Shown: positions 10,384-22,006 of the stretch, in pieces
Numbering within the stretch: position 1 is the first letter of the stretch
Layout of the letters: each line of letters opens with the position of its first letter
From: Chiloscyllium plagiosum
Taxonomy: Eukaryota
Direction: 5' to 3'
Assembly (NCBI RefSeq): GCF_004010195.1
Contig: NC_057755.1
Span: forward strand, 4,928,316 to 4,962,384
Length of the DNA stretch: 34,069 nucleotides
The notes under the pieces: generated by a model
Seen by the model: the letters and a program-made list of their open reading frames with translations, nothing else
Told to the model about the DNA's origin: nothing
Database searches by the model: none
Translations under genes and position numbers: made by a program

Positions 10384-13016
10384 TGACAGTCTTCTGTGAT
10401 TTCTGCTACTCCACCAATCATCCTGTCATCTGCAAACTTGCTGATCATACCAACAGTGCCCTCTTCCAGGTCGTTTATGTATGTTACAAACAACAGTGGC
10501 ACCAGCACTGACCACTGTGGAACACAACCGGTCACCTTTCTCCATTTTGAGCAACTCCCTTCAGCGACTACTCTCTGTCTCCTGTTGCACAACCAGTTCT
10601 TAACCACCTCACTAGAACACCCTGCAGAATATGTGACAGCATGTTCTCCATTTGTTTACCATGGGAAACCTTATCAAACGCCGGACTAAAGTCCATGTCT
10701 ATGACATCTACTGTCCTTCCTCCATCTATCAGCTTGGTCGCTTCCTCAAAGAACTCTATTAAGTTGGTAAGGCGTGGTCTCTTCCGCACAAAATCATGTT
10801 GCCTATCACTGATAAGCCCATACTTTTTCAAATATAAATCGATGTCATCCCTCAGTACCTTCCACAGCAACTTTCCCACCATTGCCATCAGGCTCACTGG
10901 TCCGTAGTTACACGGAATTTCCATACTACCTTTCTTGTACAGGGGACAAAATAATTAACCCTCCAGTCCTCTGGAACCTCACCTGTGTTTAAGGATGCTA
11001 CAAAGATATCTGTCATGGTCCCAATTATTTCCTCTATCGCCTGCCTCGGCAACCTGGCAGAGATCCCATCAGGTCGTGGGGATTTGTCCTCCTTAACATA
11101 TATTCGCTACTTATGTCAACGTGATCCGGAGTAACCAAACTTCTATATCTCTAATTTCAAAATTCATCATGTCCCCCTCCTCAGTGAACACTGATACAAA
11201 AGTAATCATTCAAAGTCTCACCCATTTTCTCAGGTTCGACATATAGCCTTCTTTCCTTATCCTTTAGTGGACCAGTCCTTTCTCTAGTTACCCGCTTGCT
11301 TCTTATATAAGAATAAAAGTCTTTGGGATTCACCTGAATTCTGCTTGCTAAAGTTATTTCATGTCTCGTTTTTGCCTGCACGATTCCTCGTTTAAGACTG
11401 ATCCTATTCTCCCAATATTCCTCCATGGCCTGTTTTGTTCTTAGCTGCTTGGACCTTATGTATGCTTCCCTTTTCTTCTTGACTAGTCGTATTATTTCTC
11501 CTGGAGCGTCGGAGGCTGAGGGGTGACCTTATAGAGGTTTATAAAATTATGAGGGGCATGGATAGGATAAATAGACAAAGTCTTTTCCCTGGGGTCGGGG
11601 AGTGCAGAACTAGAGCACATAGGTTTAGGGTGAGAGGGGAAAGATATAAGGAGACCAAAGGGACAACTTTTTCACGCAGAGGGGTGTGCATGTATGGAAT
11701 GAGCTGCCAGAGGACGTGGTGGAGGCTGGTACAATTGCAACATTTAAGAGGCATTTGGATGGGTATATGAACAGGAAGGGTTTGGAGGGATATGGACCGG
11801 GTACTGGCAGATGGGACTAGGTTCGGTTGGGGTATCTGGTCGGCATGGATGGGTTGGACTGAAGGGTCTGTTTCCATGCTGTACGTCTCTATGACTCTAT
11901 GACAGTCTTCTGTGATTCCTGCTACTCCACCAATCATCCTGTCATCTGCAAACTTGCTGATCATACCAACAGTGCCCTCTTCCAGGTCGTTTATGTATGT
12001 TACAAACAACAGTGGCCCCAGCACTGACCACTGTGGAACACAACCGGTCACCTTTCTCCATTTTGAGCAACTCCCTTCAGTGACTACTCTCTGTCTCCTG
12101 TTGCACAACCAGTTCTTAACCACCTAACTAGAACACCCTGCAGAATATGTGACAGCACGTTCTCCATTTGTTTACCATGGGAAACCTTATCAAACGCCGG
12201 ACGAAAGTCCATGTCTATGACATCTACTGTCCTTCCTCCATCTATAAGCTTGGTCGCTTCCTCAAAGAACTCTATTAAGTTGGTAAGGCGTGGTCTCTCC
12301 CGCACAAAATCATGTTGCCTATCACTGATAAGCCCATTCTTTTCCAAATATAAATCGATGTCATCCCTCAGTACCTTCCACAGCAACTTTCCCACCATTG
12401 CCATCAGGCTCACTGGTCCGTAGTTACACAGAATTTCCATACTACCTTTCTTGTACAGGGGACAAAATAATTAACCCTCCAGTCCTCTGGAACCTCACCT
12501 GTGTTTAAGGATACTACAAAGATATCTGTCATGGTCCCAATTATTTCCTCTATCGCCTGCCTCGGCAACTTGGCAGATATCCCATCAGGTCGTGGGGATT
12601 TGTCTTCCTTAACATATATTCGCTACTTATGTCAACGTGATCCGGAGTAACCAAACTTCTATCTCTAATTTCAAAATTCATCATGTCCCTCTCCTCAGTG
12701 AACACTGATACAAAGTAATCATTCAAAGTCTCACCCATTTTCTCAGGTTCGACATATAGCCTTCTTTCCTTATCCTTTAGTGGACCAGTCCATTCTCTAG
12801 TTACCCGCTTGCTTCTTATATAAGAATAAAAGTCTTTGGGATTCACCTGAATTCTGCTTGCTAAAGTTATTTCATGTCCCGTTTTTGCCTTCACGATTCC
12901 TCGTTTAAGACTGATCCTATTCTCCTAATATTCCTCCATGGCCTGTTTTGTTCTTAGCTGCTTGGACCTTATGTATGCTTCCCTTTTCTTCTTGACTAGT
13001 CGTATTATTTCTCCTG
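9984..13016. repeat. Tandem direct duplication of about 1.5 kb (copy 1 9984-11499, copy 2 11500-13012)
   Basis: Near-identical sequence, with paired ORFs 10140-10607/11539-12123 and 10568-10924/12084-12440. CCTG microhomology at 9984, 11500 and 13013. Confidence 0.93.
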
Positions 13017-14372
13017 TCATCCACGGTTCATGAATCTTGTTTTTCCTATCCTTTGGTTTCAAGGTGACATGCCTAATCTGCACTATCTTTAGCTTATCTT
13101 TGAAAGTCTCCCACATATCAAATGTGGACTTCCTTTCAAATAGCTGCCCCCAATCCACATTTCCTAGCTTCTGCCTAATTTTGATTCATTGGCTTTGGCT
13201 CAGTTTAGTACTCTTCCCTTTAGACCACAATCACCTTTGTCTATGCGTATTGTAAGAGTTATGGAATTGTGGTCACTGTACCCAAGGAAATCCCCCACCA
13301 CGACTTCTACCACCTGGCCTGGCTCATTCCCCAACACCAGGTCCAATATGGCGCCTTTCCTCGTCGGACTATTGAAATACTGCTCTGGAAAATTCTCCAG
13401 ACCTCTGACACTAAGTGTATCACAGTCAACGTCGGGAAAATTAACATCTCCTATCACCATCACCCTGTTGCATCTACATCTTTCCATAATCTTTTGACTT
13501 ATTTTCTCTTCTACCTCATACTCATATTAGGGATGCCTGTAATATAGCCCCAACAATATAACTGCACCCTTCCTATTTCTCAATTCCACCCATAATGCCT
13601 CACGACTCAAGCGCTCCATAGTGTCCTCCATTAGCGTAGCCGTGATACCTTCCCTTGCCAGCAATACAACTCCGCCACCCGCCCCTTTTACTTCTCTCCC
13701 TTTCCTATCTGAAGCGTCTATATCTTGGAGCATTTATTTGCCAATCATGCCCTTCCTTCAACAAAGTATCTGTGATTGCAATAATGTAATACTCCAAAAT
13801 ACCAATACAAGCCATACGTACATCTGCCTTTCTCACTATACTCCTTGCATTAAAGTATATGCACTTCAGGCCACCAGTCATTTTGCATTCATTTCCTCTC
13901 TGCCTACTCTTCCCCTTAATAATGCTAACTCTATGATTCTTATAGTCTCCAGTTTCCACCTCGCTGTCTACCTGTCTTCTCTTCTCGTTCCCAGCCCTCT
14001 GCCACATTAGTTTAAAACCTCCCCAACAGCAGCAGCAAAAACTCCCCCAAGGACATTGGTTCGAGTTTGGTTCAAGTGGAGACCGTCCAATTTGTAATAG
14101 TACCACCTGCCCCAGAACTGGTCCCAATGTTCAACCAATCTGAACCCTTCCCTCTTCCACTACCCCTGAAGCCACGTGTTCATCCTGCCTATTTTTTCAT
14201 TTCTACGCTGGCTCGCACGTGGCGCTGGTAGTAATCCCGAGATCAGTACCTTTGAGTCCTCCTTTTTGACTTCTCTCCCAGTTCCCTGAGTTCTGTTTTC
14301 AGGACCTCATCTTGTTCTTTACTTATATCGTTGGTGCCGATATGCACCAAGGCCAAGGCTGTTCACCCTCCC

Positions 14373-14603
14373 ATTTAATGAACCGAAACCTGCAATCTAT
14401 TCTAAAAGACGAAAGACTTAACAACAATCTAGGTTTGTTCAATGTATCATTTCAGTTGCATGACCTTGAAAGGTTTTGCTATAAATTCTGTGTCTTATGG
14501 TCCTGCTTGATAGCCACCTAATGAAGGAACAGGGCTCCGAAAGCTAGTGCTCTCAAACAAACCTGTTGGACCATAACCTGTTGTTGTATGAGTTTTAACT
14601 TTG
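14373..14603 (+). mobile_element. Penelope-like pLTR 3' end (right piece) with a mutated hammerhead core
   Basis: CAC-CTAATGA-AGGAACAGGGCTCC-GAAAGCTA-GTG at 14515-14549, then AAACCTGTTGGACCATAACCTG..TTTTAACTTTG, matching 3938-4085. Confidence 0.65.
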
Positions 14604-14779
14604 AAAGGTTGAGACAGAGGCATTCTGAAGAAATTAGGTGGGATTGCGAGGAAAATTTCCTTTCTATCTTATTGTATTGAATACATCTCCTATAAATATA
14701 GCTTTAAATCACGCGTCGAATATGAACTGGCGTAGTCATTTTTCAATTATCAATATTCTATTATACCACATTCATGCAT

Positions 14780-15692
14780 TTCTTTTTACTTCAAAAATAT
14801 ATTTCATCCATTTGAAAGACCTTCATATAGAAATAGTCACAAATGTAGGATGGTTCTGTACAACAGCATGACAAGGGACAAAGAAAGGAGTTTGTCTCGC
14901 TCCAAAAAGCCAAAGACATCTCTTACACATAAAGGCAATACTTAAGTGCATTTGAGGCACTGGAAGGATCCCATAATTGAATGGAGCTTCATCGTGCATT
15001 GGCTGAAAGACCTTTAAATGGTGTTCTTTCGCCACTGCACCATGGAGGCATCTGCCTCAAGCTATCGCGTGGCCCTCACAAAATGAGGCATCTGCCTCAA
15101 GCTATCGCGTGGCCCTCACAAAATAGTTCTGGACCTTGGAATGTGCCCATCTGCAACACTTGGTCAGGATCAACTCCTTGTTCTGGAAGACCAACAAGTT
15201 TTGGACACATCGATGAGCGTCTTTTTATCAACCTCTTGGTCCTCCAGGCGCAGTCGATGTCTGTTGCAGACTTGGCAAAGGCAAATTCCAGAAGGAGATG
15301 TGTGATAGTCTGTAGTCTCCACACTCCCACACCCCCAACAGCTTCGAGGGCAGCGTGTGGTGGTACAGATCCACCGGGCATATATGTGGATTCTGACAGG
15401 CAGTATTCTTCTCGACACTAACCATGGCATGTCTTGGTAATTGTTTGAAAAATGCTGCTGTTGAGGCATTCTACCAAGTGAATCTGACAGCCTGCCCAGG
15501 GAACCGCGCGACAGAACCCACACTCAGATTTTTCCGAAGGGTCTCATGAAAGCTACCTACTCTCCACTTCCTGAGAGACTGTGGTCAAAGGTGTTTCTCT
15601 TTGCATGAGGGGCAGGTGATAAGGAGCGATCCATCTACCTGGAGCATTCGGTGGCGATGAGACCAAGTCCATCTTTCGCAACACTCTGTCCT
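14780..15692 (-). mobile_element. Tx1/L1-clade LINE 3' remnant
   Basis: zf-RVT-like RCPRSCWGCG..TITHLLLEFAFAK and C-terminal NLLVFQNKEL..CCRWAHSKVQNY; A-rich tail toward 14780. Confidence 0.7.
15045..15124. repeat. Perfect 40-bp tandem duplication inside the Tx1-like element
   Basis: GAGGCATCTGCCTCAAGCTATCGCGTGGCCCTCACAAAAT x2. Confidence 0.95.
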
Positions 15693-15963
15693 CATTTTTT
15701 TTTAAATTTCAGAAACATACTTTATTCATAAAAGTATCTTCATGGACGCAAATAGTCACTAAAGTAGTTCGTTTCTGTACACTAGCGTATGGATTTTCTT
15801 GCAAAAATATACGTTCTTCATAAAAATACATCCTTATGTACATGTACAATTAACGAAGGTGTTCACATCTATACACTCTTTACATACAGAGAAGAAATGA
15901 AGCCTTGATGTTCACCATTCTCTGTGTTTGCAATCAACCTCTTGGCATTTTAGCTGAAGCAAC

Positions 15964-16463
15964 NNNNNNNNNNNNNNNNNNNNNNNNNNNNNNNNNNNNN
16001 NNNNNNNNNNNNNNNNNNNNNNNNNNNNNNNNNNNNNNNNNNNNNNNNNNNNNNNNNNNNNNNNNNNNNNNNNNNNNNNNNNNNNNNNNNNNNNNNNNNN
16101 NNNNNNNNNNNNNNNNNNNNNNNNNNNNNNNNNNNNNNNNNNNNNNNNNNNNNNNNNNNNNNNNNNNNNNNNNNNNNNNNNNNNNNNNNNNNNNNNNNNN
16201 NNNNNNNNNNNNNNNNNNNNNNNNNNNNNNNNNNNNNNNNNNNNNNNNNNNNNNNNNNNNNNNNNNNNNNNNNNNNNNNNNNNNNNNNNNNNNNNNNNNN
16301 NNNNNNNNNNNNNNNNNNNNNNNNNNNNNNNNNNNNNNNNNNNNNNNNNNNNNNNNNNNNNNNNNNNNNNNNNNNNNNNNNNNNNNNNNNNNNNNNNNNN
16401 NNNNNNNNNNNNNNNNNNNNNNNNNNNNNNNNNNNNNNNNNNNNNNNNNNNNNNNNNNNNNNN
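15964..16463. other. Assembly gap (500 N)
   Basis: Run of N; the round length suggests a placeholder size. Confidence 0.99.
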
Positions 16464-17093
16464 ATCCACAAAGGGAGCAGTTGTTAATTTTCAATTTGTG
16501 ATCTTTGTTTGATGATCAACAAAGGAATTGACGAAGATGCATCCTGCTTTGATTTGTAAAACTTCATCCAGCTACCATCCGTTACAAAATTCTCTCCGCC
16601 TTAGCCTGTATTGCCAGAGAATTCAAATCTTGACAGGAGCTGCTGAGCTTTTTCTTTTTGTTTCTGATTTGCAACATTAATTTTTTTTTTGTTTTTCATT
16701 ACTCAGTCCTATGTCTGTGTTGGGATGACTGTTTCTATTGGCGTTCTGGACCTGGCCAGCGTTGGACCTGAGGACTGTGAAAAACTATCACAGGCATTTG
16801 AATTGTTCCCTTTCATCCAGAAAAAATCTCAAACTTCCTTCTGTTCTCATTGGAGGATCCACGAGCTCAGCATCTGTCCAAAATCCATAATCTCTGGAGC
16901 GGTTGGGCCATAGGTCAATCTGGGATGGGTGAAAAATTCTTGAAATTCAAACTCATTCAATCCCAGTCACTTCCACTTCTACGCACAGAGTGCACTGGGC
17001 GGTGTGATAAAATTGTATTTTTGCACTCTGGAGGACACAGAGGAATTTATAATCAATACTTTTGTTGTGTCTTTTCCCATTTTTCTTACATAG

Positions 17094-17979
17094 TTAATTT
17101 GCTGGTGACGTTTATCCTTTCCCGGGGAAAATGCGGTGTTTCCCTTTGCACGACTCGCTACCTGGTGGTTATGGTAGTTGCCGATCTGATGGCCATTATC
17201 ACTGACATTATACTAACAGATTTTCACTTTTATTACTGCCCAAATTCTGTCCTGTCCAAACTCCTGTGTGCAGTGTTATTGGGGTTGTGTCACATGCAGC
17301 CACTGTCTGAACTGTCTGCTTCACTCTCACTTTCTCCTTTGACAGATTTGTGAGTATTTGTTATTAGAAGCTGAAAACAAAATATTGCACTGAGAGAACT
17401 GTAACTCTGGTTCTAGCAACAACCTGCACCTTGTTCTGTTTGAAAACCATCCCCTTCAATTTTCAATATGTACGTCAGTTGATAACCAACCATGTGCCAT
17501 TCTACTGTAAAACAAAATCAAGCTACTTTACTGAAACTTGGTGAGTGGTATTAGATTGGCTGGATACAGTTTTGCGCCCTTTACTGCTATTCGCTTTAAT
17601 TCTGTTCTGACAGTTGGACACATTTTAGTGACAAGGCGAGTCTAGCAGAGGCTGAAGGGTGAGAACGAAGAAGAGAATTGCACAGACTGTGAGATGGAGA
17701 GCAGAAGGAAATCTGTGATATTGCTCTTCGCTAAATCTGGGACTTCCATAATCCTGTGGTTACTCTTTCTTGTACAGTTCTTATGTCATTCAAGGAATCC
17801 ATCCTTACGATTACTTGGCTTTTCTGTATTCCTTAGGTATGACTGGTTACATGCTCCAGAATTTAAGTTGTTGCACAAATACATCCATTTATGCAGCAAC
17901 TTTGTCGAGGTTCAGAATGAACATCATTAACACAGTAAAATACCTGGTTACATGAATTTCTTCCATTATGAATAAATAA
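17094..17979 (+). pseudogene. GPR139/142-like GPCR pseudogene, exon 2
   Basis: Acceptor TTTTCTTACATAG|TTAAT at the same phase-1 site as the intact gene; colinear with it from VNLL..SRGKC to NK*. Premature stops at 17308, 17365, 17542, 17643 and 17953. Frameshifts near 17258, 17605 (deletion removing the 'NA' of NAL) and 17788. Exon 1 not found. Confidence 0.93.
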
Positions 17980-18044
17980 AATTTCTAATTGAATCCAGAA
18001 GAATTTTCTAAATGTTTCCAGACTATGGTATGATATTTCCAATT

Positions 18045-18645
18045 CTCCCACGAGAGGTGGGCATCACTGGTTGCGTCAGAACTTATTGCCCCGTCACCAG
18101 TTGCCACCCCATGGAGACAAGAGTGAGCTGCCTTCTTGATACGCTGCAGTCCATGTGCTGTGGCCTGACCCACAATGCCCTGAGGGAGGGAATTCTAGGA
18201 TTTTGAAGAAGCAACACTGAAGGAATAGTGATATATTTCAAGGTCGGGATGGTGAGAGGATTCCAGAGAAATTTACAGAGGTGTGGCGTCCTCGTGCATC
18301 TGCCATTCGCGTTAATTCTGTTGCTCAATGCCCTGACAGTCAGACACATTTTAGTGTTCAGTCGAGCTCAGAAGAGACTGAAAATTGAGACCCGGAGATG
18401 GAGAGCAGAACCCTTTTCATTCCAGATGGAATTGGGCGTGTGTTTGCAAATTGCTTACTGGGGATATTTGGTGAATTTCTGTGCTGCATATTGTAGCTGG
18501 TGCACACTGTTGCTACTGAGTGTCGGTGGGGTGGGAGGTAATGTTTAAGGGTGCGGTGCCAATCAAGAGGGGGCTGCTTTGTCCTGGTTGGTGTTCAGCT
18601 TCTTGAGTGTTGTGGGAGCTGCCTCCATCCAGGGCAAATGGGGAC
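18045..18645 (-). mobile_element. Degenerate LINE 3' end (same family as 424-888), interrupted by a GPCR fragment; second copy at about 21409-22006
   Basis: The reverse complement gives AHGLQRIKKAAH..ATSDAHL and TLKKLNTNQDKAAPL, matching 424-888. Confidence 0.7.
18300..18410 (+). pseudogene. Isolated GPCR TM5-ICL3 coding fragment (second copy 21664-21774)
   Basis: LPFALILLLNALTVRHILVFSRAQKRLK../DPEMESR versus the intact gene LPFVLILLFNALTVRHILVTSRVRKRLK..DPEMESR. Confidence 0.88.
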
Positions 18646-18999
18646 ACTGAAAGTGAAGCCTTATCCCAATGCAGGGAGGGAGTTCAACTGGGAACTTATG
18701 GACTTGCTAGTGCAGCACAATCTAAAGGAATTGTCCAGGGATTGGAATTTTCTACTGGTTAACTCCTCTCAGATTGGAACCCTCTGTAAGTCTCCAAAAA
18801 ATCATATCCTTCAAAGGGATCTGATGAAACTAAATAACAAAGTAATTCAGAAAATATTTGTCGATTAAGTACGTAGTCTTACTCCTGAGTACGAATTCAA
18901 CAGATTGCATATTAATCTCACAATGATCCCACGATGGCCAGTTTCAATGTGAGGAATTGTGGCAGGGGATTACATGACAGTATCAGAACCACACTGGAA

Positions 19000-19075
19000 A
19001 CCTTTATTTATGCAGTGACATTGTCTCGGTTCAGCGTGAAGTTCCATAATGCAGTAAAAAATCTCGCTCGATCGG
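19000..19075 (+). pseudogene. Isolated GPCR TM7-helix 8 coding fragment (second copy about 22363-22438)
   Basis: TFIYAVTLSRFSVKFHNAVKNL versus the intact gene TFIYAATLSRFRAEICNAVKYL. Confidence 0.82.
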
Positions 19076-19399
19076 TTATATCCATGAGAACGAATGGCTG
19101 AGGTCCCTACTTTTAAGCATCATTGTTACAGCTGCCAAAACTGATTTGTGTTTCCAAATAAATTCTTTGAAGAACGGAACAAACATGCAGTGTGAGGAAT
19201 CATACAGCTTGATCGCTTCTCTGAGCAAAATCTGCTTTTGCAGTGGCGTGAAGAGTCCAGTTGAGGATGGTATTGTATCACTGAAAACAAATGGACAGCC
19301 AGACGGAGAGAGAGAGAAAGTCTGAAACTTCGATTAACAACATGTTAATTAATTTATTCAAATCTCCATTGGAAAAAAAGAAATTCCCATTGCAGGTAG

Positions 19400-20200
19400 A
19401 GATGGGCACACACATACACGCGCACACATGCAAATAGGCATATACAAGTACAGAGAGACAGAGACACACAAACGTATAAAGGACACATCATCATCAGCAT
19501 CAAATTACCACCTTAAACACAGTAGTGACACAGATAGAGGGTTTTTAACCTCAGTTCAACGGCTTCACTTCCAAAACAACAGAGACGCTATTGCACAGAC
19601 ATACAGTCACAGAGATATACACGGAAATATAAACGTACTGTCATATTAACACACTGAAGGCACAAACATGTAGATGGTGTCAGAAATCGCATGTTGAAGT
19701 TCAACAGTATTATTTGGAAGCTTGTGATTACAAATAAATTTGTTGGGCTCTGACCTGGTTTAGTGCGACTTCTGATCTTGTCCACCTCAGTCCAACACCG
19801 GCATAGACACAGAGATAGACTGTGATACATATGCACAAGCAAAGAAACACACTGTAATAGACACACTTATATACACTGAAACACGCACATGCACCTCTGT
19901 CATGCACACAAATTCATCAACAGAAACATGCAGATAGATACCGAGGGAGATGCACACATGCGCAGACATAGACACTCACATATACAGAGAGATGTCCAGA
20001 GATGGATGCATAAACAGAGAGAGAAAAACAGGCGGACACAGAGACACCCACACACAAAAGCAACACACAGAGACACACACACATATATGCACTCACAATC
20101 ACATGTACACGCACACAGATACTCAGACATGTACTCACAGACACTCAGAGGCACACATGCGTGTAGAAACACACTGTCATACATGTACAAACACACAGGT
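19400..20200. repeat. CA-rich low-complexity region (duplicated at about 23480-24270)
   Basis: CACA/CAGA-rich degenerate repeats interspersed with unique sequence. Confidence 0.75.
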
Positions 20201-20226
20201 ATTGCCAATGACAGCCAATGTGAAGA

Positions 20227-20886
20227 GTCTAATAGAATGACACTAATGTCGGTGGAGTAGTGGATAGTGCTGAAGGATGTTGCAGGTTACAGAGGAACAT
20301 GGATAAGCTTCAGAGCTGGGCTGAGAGGTAGAAATTGGAGATTAATACGTAAATGTGTGAGATAATTCACTTTCGAAGGAGTAACAAGAGCACATAGTAC
20401 TGGGCTAATAGTTATATTCTTGAAGTGTGAATGAGCAGAGAGATATCGATTCCATGTATATTGATGCCTGAAAGTTGACACACAGATTGACGGGGTTGGT
20501 AAGAAGGCTTACAGTGTGGTAGCTTTTATCGGTACAGGGATTGAGTTTCGGAGCCATGAGGTCATATTGCAGCTGTACAAAACTCTGGTGCGGTCGCACT
20601 TGGAATATTGCGTGCAGTTCTGTTCGCTGCATGATAAGAAGGATATAGAAGCATTAGAAAGTGTGCAGAGGGGATTTACCATGGTGTTTTCGTTAGAGAG
20701 AAGGGGTTTGAGAGGAGCCCTAATAGAGAGATACAAGATAATCAGAGAATTAGAAAGGATGAGCAGTGAGAGCCTTTTTCCCCGAATGTTGATGGCTGGC
20801 ATGAGAACACATGGTTTTAAATTGAGGAGTGATGTTTATAGGAAAGATATCGGAGGTAGGTTATTTACACAGAGATTAGTAAGGAC
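20227..20886 (+). mobile_element. Degenerate CR1 ORF2 3' part, cut at the duplication junction (complete copy about 24307-25145)
   Basis: LQLYKTLVRSHLEYCVQF..LERRGLRGALIERYKI..FTQRLVR. Copy B continues into NALPAVV and a CR1 3' UTR. Confidence 0.88.
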
Positions 20887-21168
20887 CGTATGGAGTCAGC
20901 TATTATGAGGGGGCATAGCTTTAAATTAAGGGGGGGTAGGTATAGGGCAGATGTTAGGGGTAGGTTCTTTACTCAGCGTGTCGTGAGTTCATGGAATGCC
21001 CTGCCAGTAGCAGTGGTGGACTCTCCCTCATTATGGGCATTTAAGCGGGCATTGGATAGGCATATGGAGGATAGTGGGCTAGTGTAGGTTAGGTGGGCTT
21101 GGATCGGAGCAACATCGAGGGCCGAAGGGCCTGTACTGCGCTGTATTCTTCTATGTTCTATGTTCTAT
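20887..21168 (+). mobile_element. 5'-truncated CR1 3' end at the duplication junction
   Basis: Uninterrupted ORF2 C-terminus RGHSFKL..FFTQRVVSSWNALP..FKRALDRHM, 3' stem GGGCCGAAGGGCC and (TTCTATG)n tail. Confidence 0.92.
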
Positions 21169-21353
21169 GAATCCATCCTTATGATTACTCGGCTTTTCTG
21201 TATTCCTTAGGTATGAGTGGTTACATGCTCCAGAATTTAAGTTGTTGCACAAATACATCCATTTATGCAGCAACGTTGTCACGGTTCAGAATGAACATCA
21301 TTAACACAGTAAAATACCTGGTTACATGAATTTCTTCCATTATGAATAAATAA
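21169..21353 (+). pseudogene. Duplicated 3' end (ECL3-TM7-C-terminus) of the GPCR pseudogene
   Basis: IHPYDYSAFLYSLGMSGYMLQNLSCCTNTSIYAATLSRFR..KYLVT*ISSIMNK*; it shares the premature TGA with 17953. Confidence 0.9.
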
Positions 21354-22006
21354 AACTTCTAATTGAATCCAGAAGAATTTTCTGACTATGGAATGATATT
21401 TCCAATTCTCTCACGAGAGGTGGGCATTACTGGTTGCGTCAGAACTTATTGCCCCGTCACCAGTTGCCACCCCATGAGAAGACAAGAGTGAGCTTCCTTC
21501 TTGATACGCTGCAGTCCATGTGCTGTGGCCTGACCCACAATGCCCTGAGGGAGGGAATTCTAGGATTATGAACAAGCAACACTGAAGGAATAGTGATATA
21601 TTTCAAAGTCGGATGGTGAGAGGATTCCAGGGAAACTTACCGTGGTGTGGCGTCCTCGTGCATCTGCCATTCGCGTTAATTCTGTTGCTCAATGCCCTGA
21701 TAGTCAGACACATTTTAGTGTTCAGTCGAGCTCAGAAGAGACTGAAAATTGAGACCCGGAGATGGAGAGCAGAACCCTTTTCATTCCAGATGGAATTGGT
21801 GTGTGTTTGCAAATTGCTTACTGGGGATATTTGGTGAATTTCTATGCTGCATATTGTAGCTGGTGCACACTGTTGCTACTGAGTGTCGGTGCGGTGGGAG
21901 GTGATGTTTAAGGATGCGGTGCCAATCAAGAGGGGGCTGCTTTGTCCTGGTTGGTGTTCAGCTTCTTGAGTGTTGTGGGAGCTGCCTCCATCCAGGGCAA
22001 ATGGGG

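Larger units (their letters stand above)
8252..14372 (-). mobile_element. CR1 LINE 'A', 5'-truncated in ORF1, degenerate; carries a nested CR1 and a tandem duplication
   Basis: ORF1 SGNH esterase motifs VHIGTND and KLDGLHLN (about 14050-14348). APE endonuclease motifs CIYFNARSI, GLYYRHP, IGDVNFP, ILDLVL, SDHN. RT motifs NYGPVSL, DF..AFDKV, VPQWSVLGPLLF, SKFADD. C-terminal PHLEYCAQCWSP and FTQRMVGAWN. TTCTTTG-like tail at about 8255-8280. Confidence 0.92.

Noticed and set aside
8343..14127. RT/endonuclease ORFs as an active or domesticated gene
   Set aside because: Fragmented by stops, frameshifts, nesting and duplication; ordinary decayed CR1.
15695..15963. Another Tx1-like 3' UTR with poly(A) on the minus strand
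   Set aside because: Plausible from the T-run and TTTATT motif, but cut by the gap before any coding evidence.
15905..16501. ORFs made of X residues
   Set aside because: Artefacts of the N gap.
16850..17353. 167-aa ORF as a functional receptor
   Set aside because: Intronic sequence read into the pseudogene exon, which then frameshifts; multiple downstream stops.
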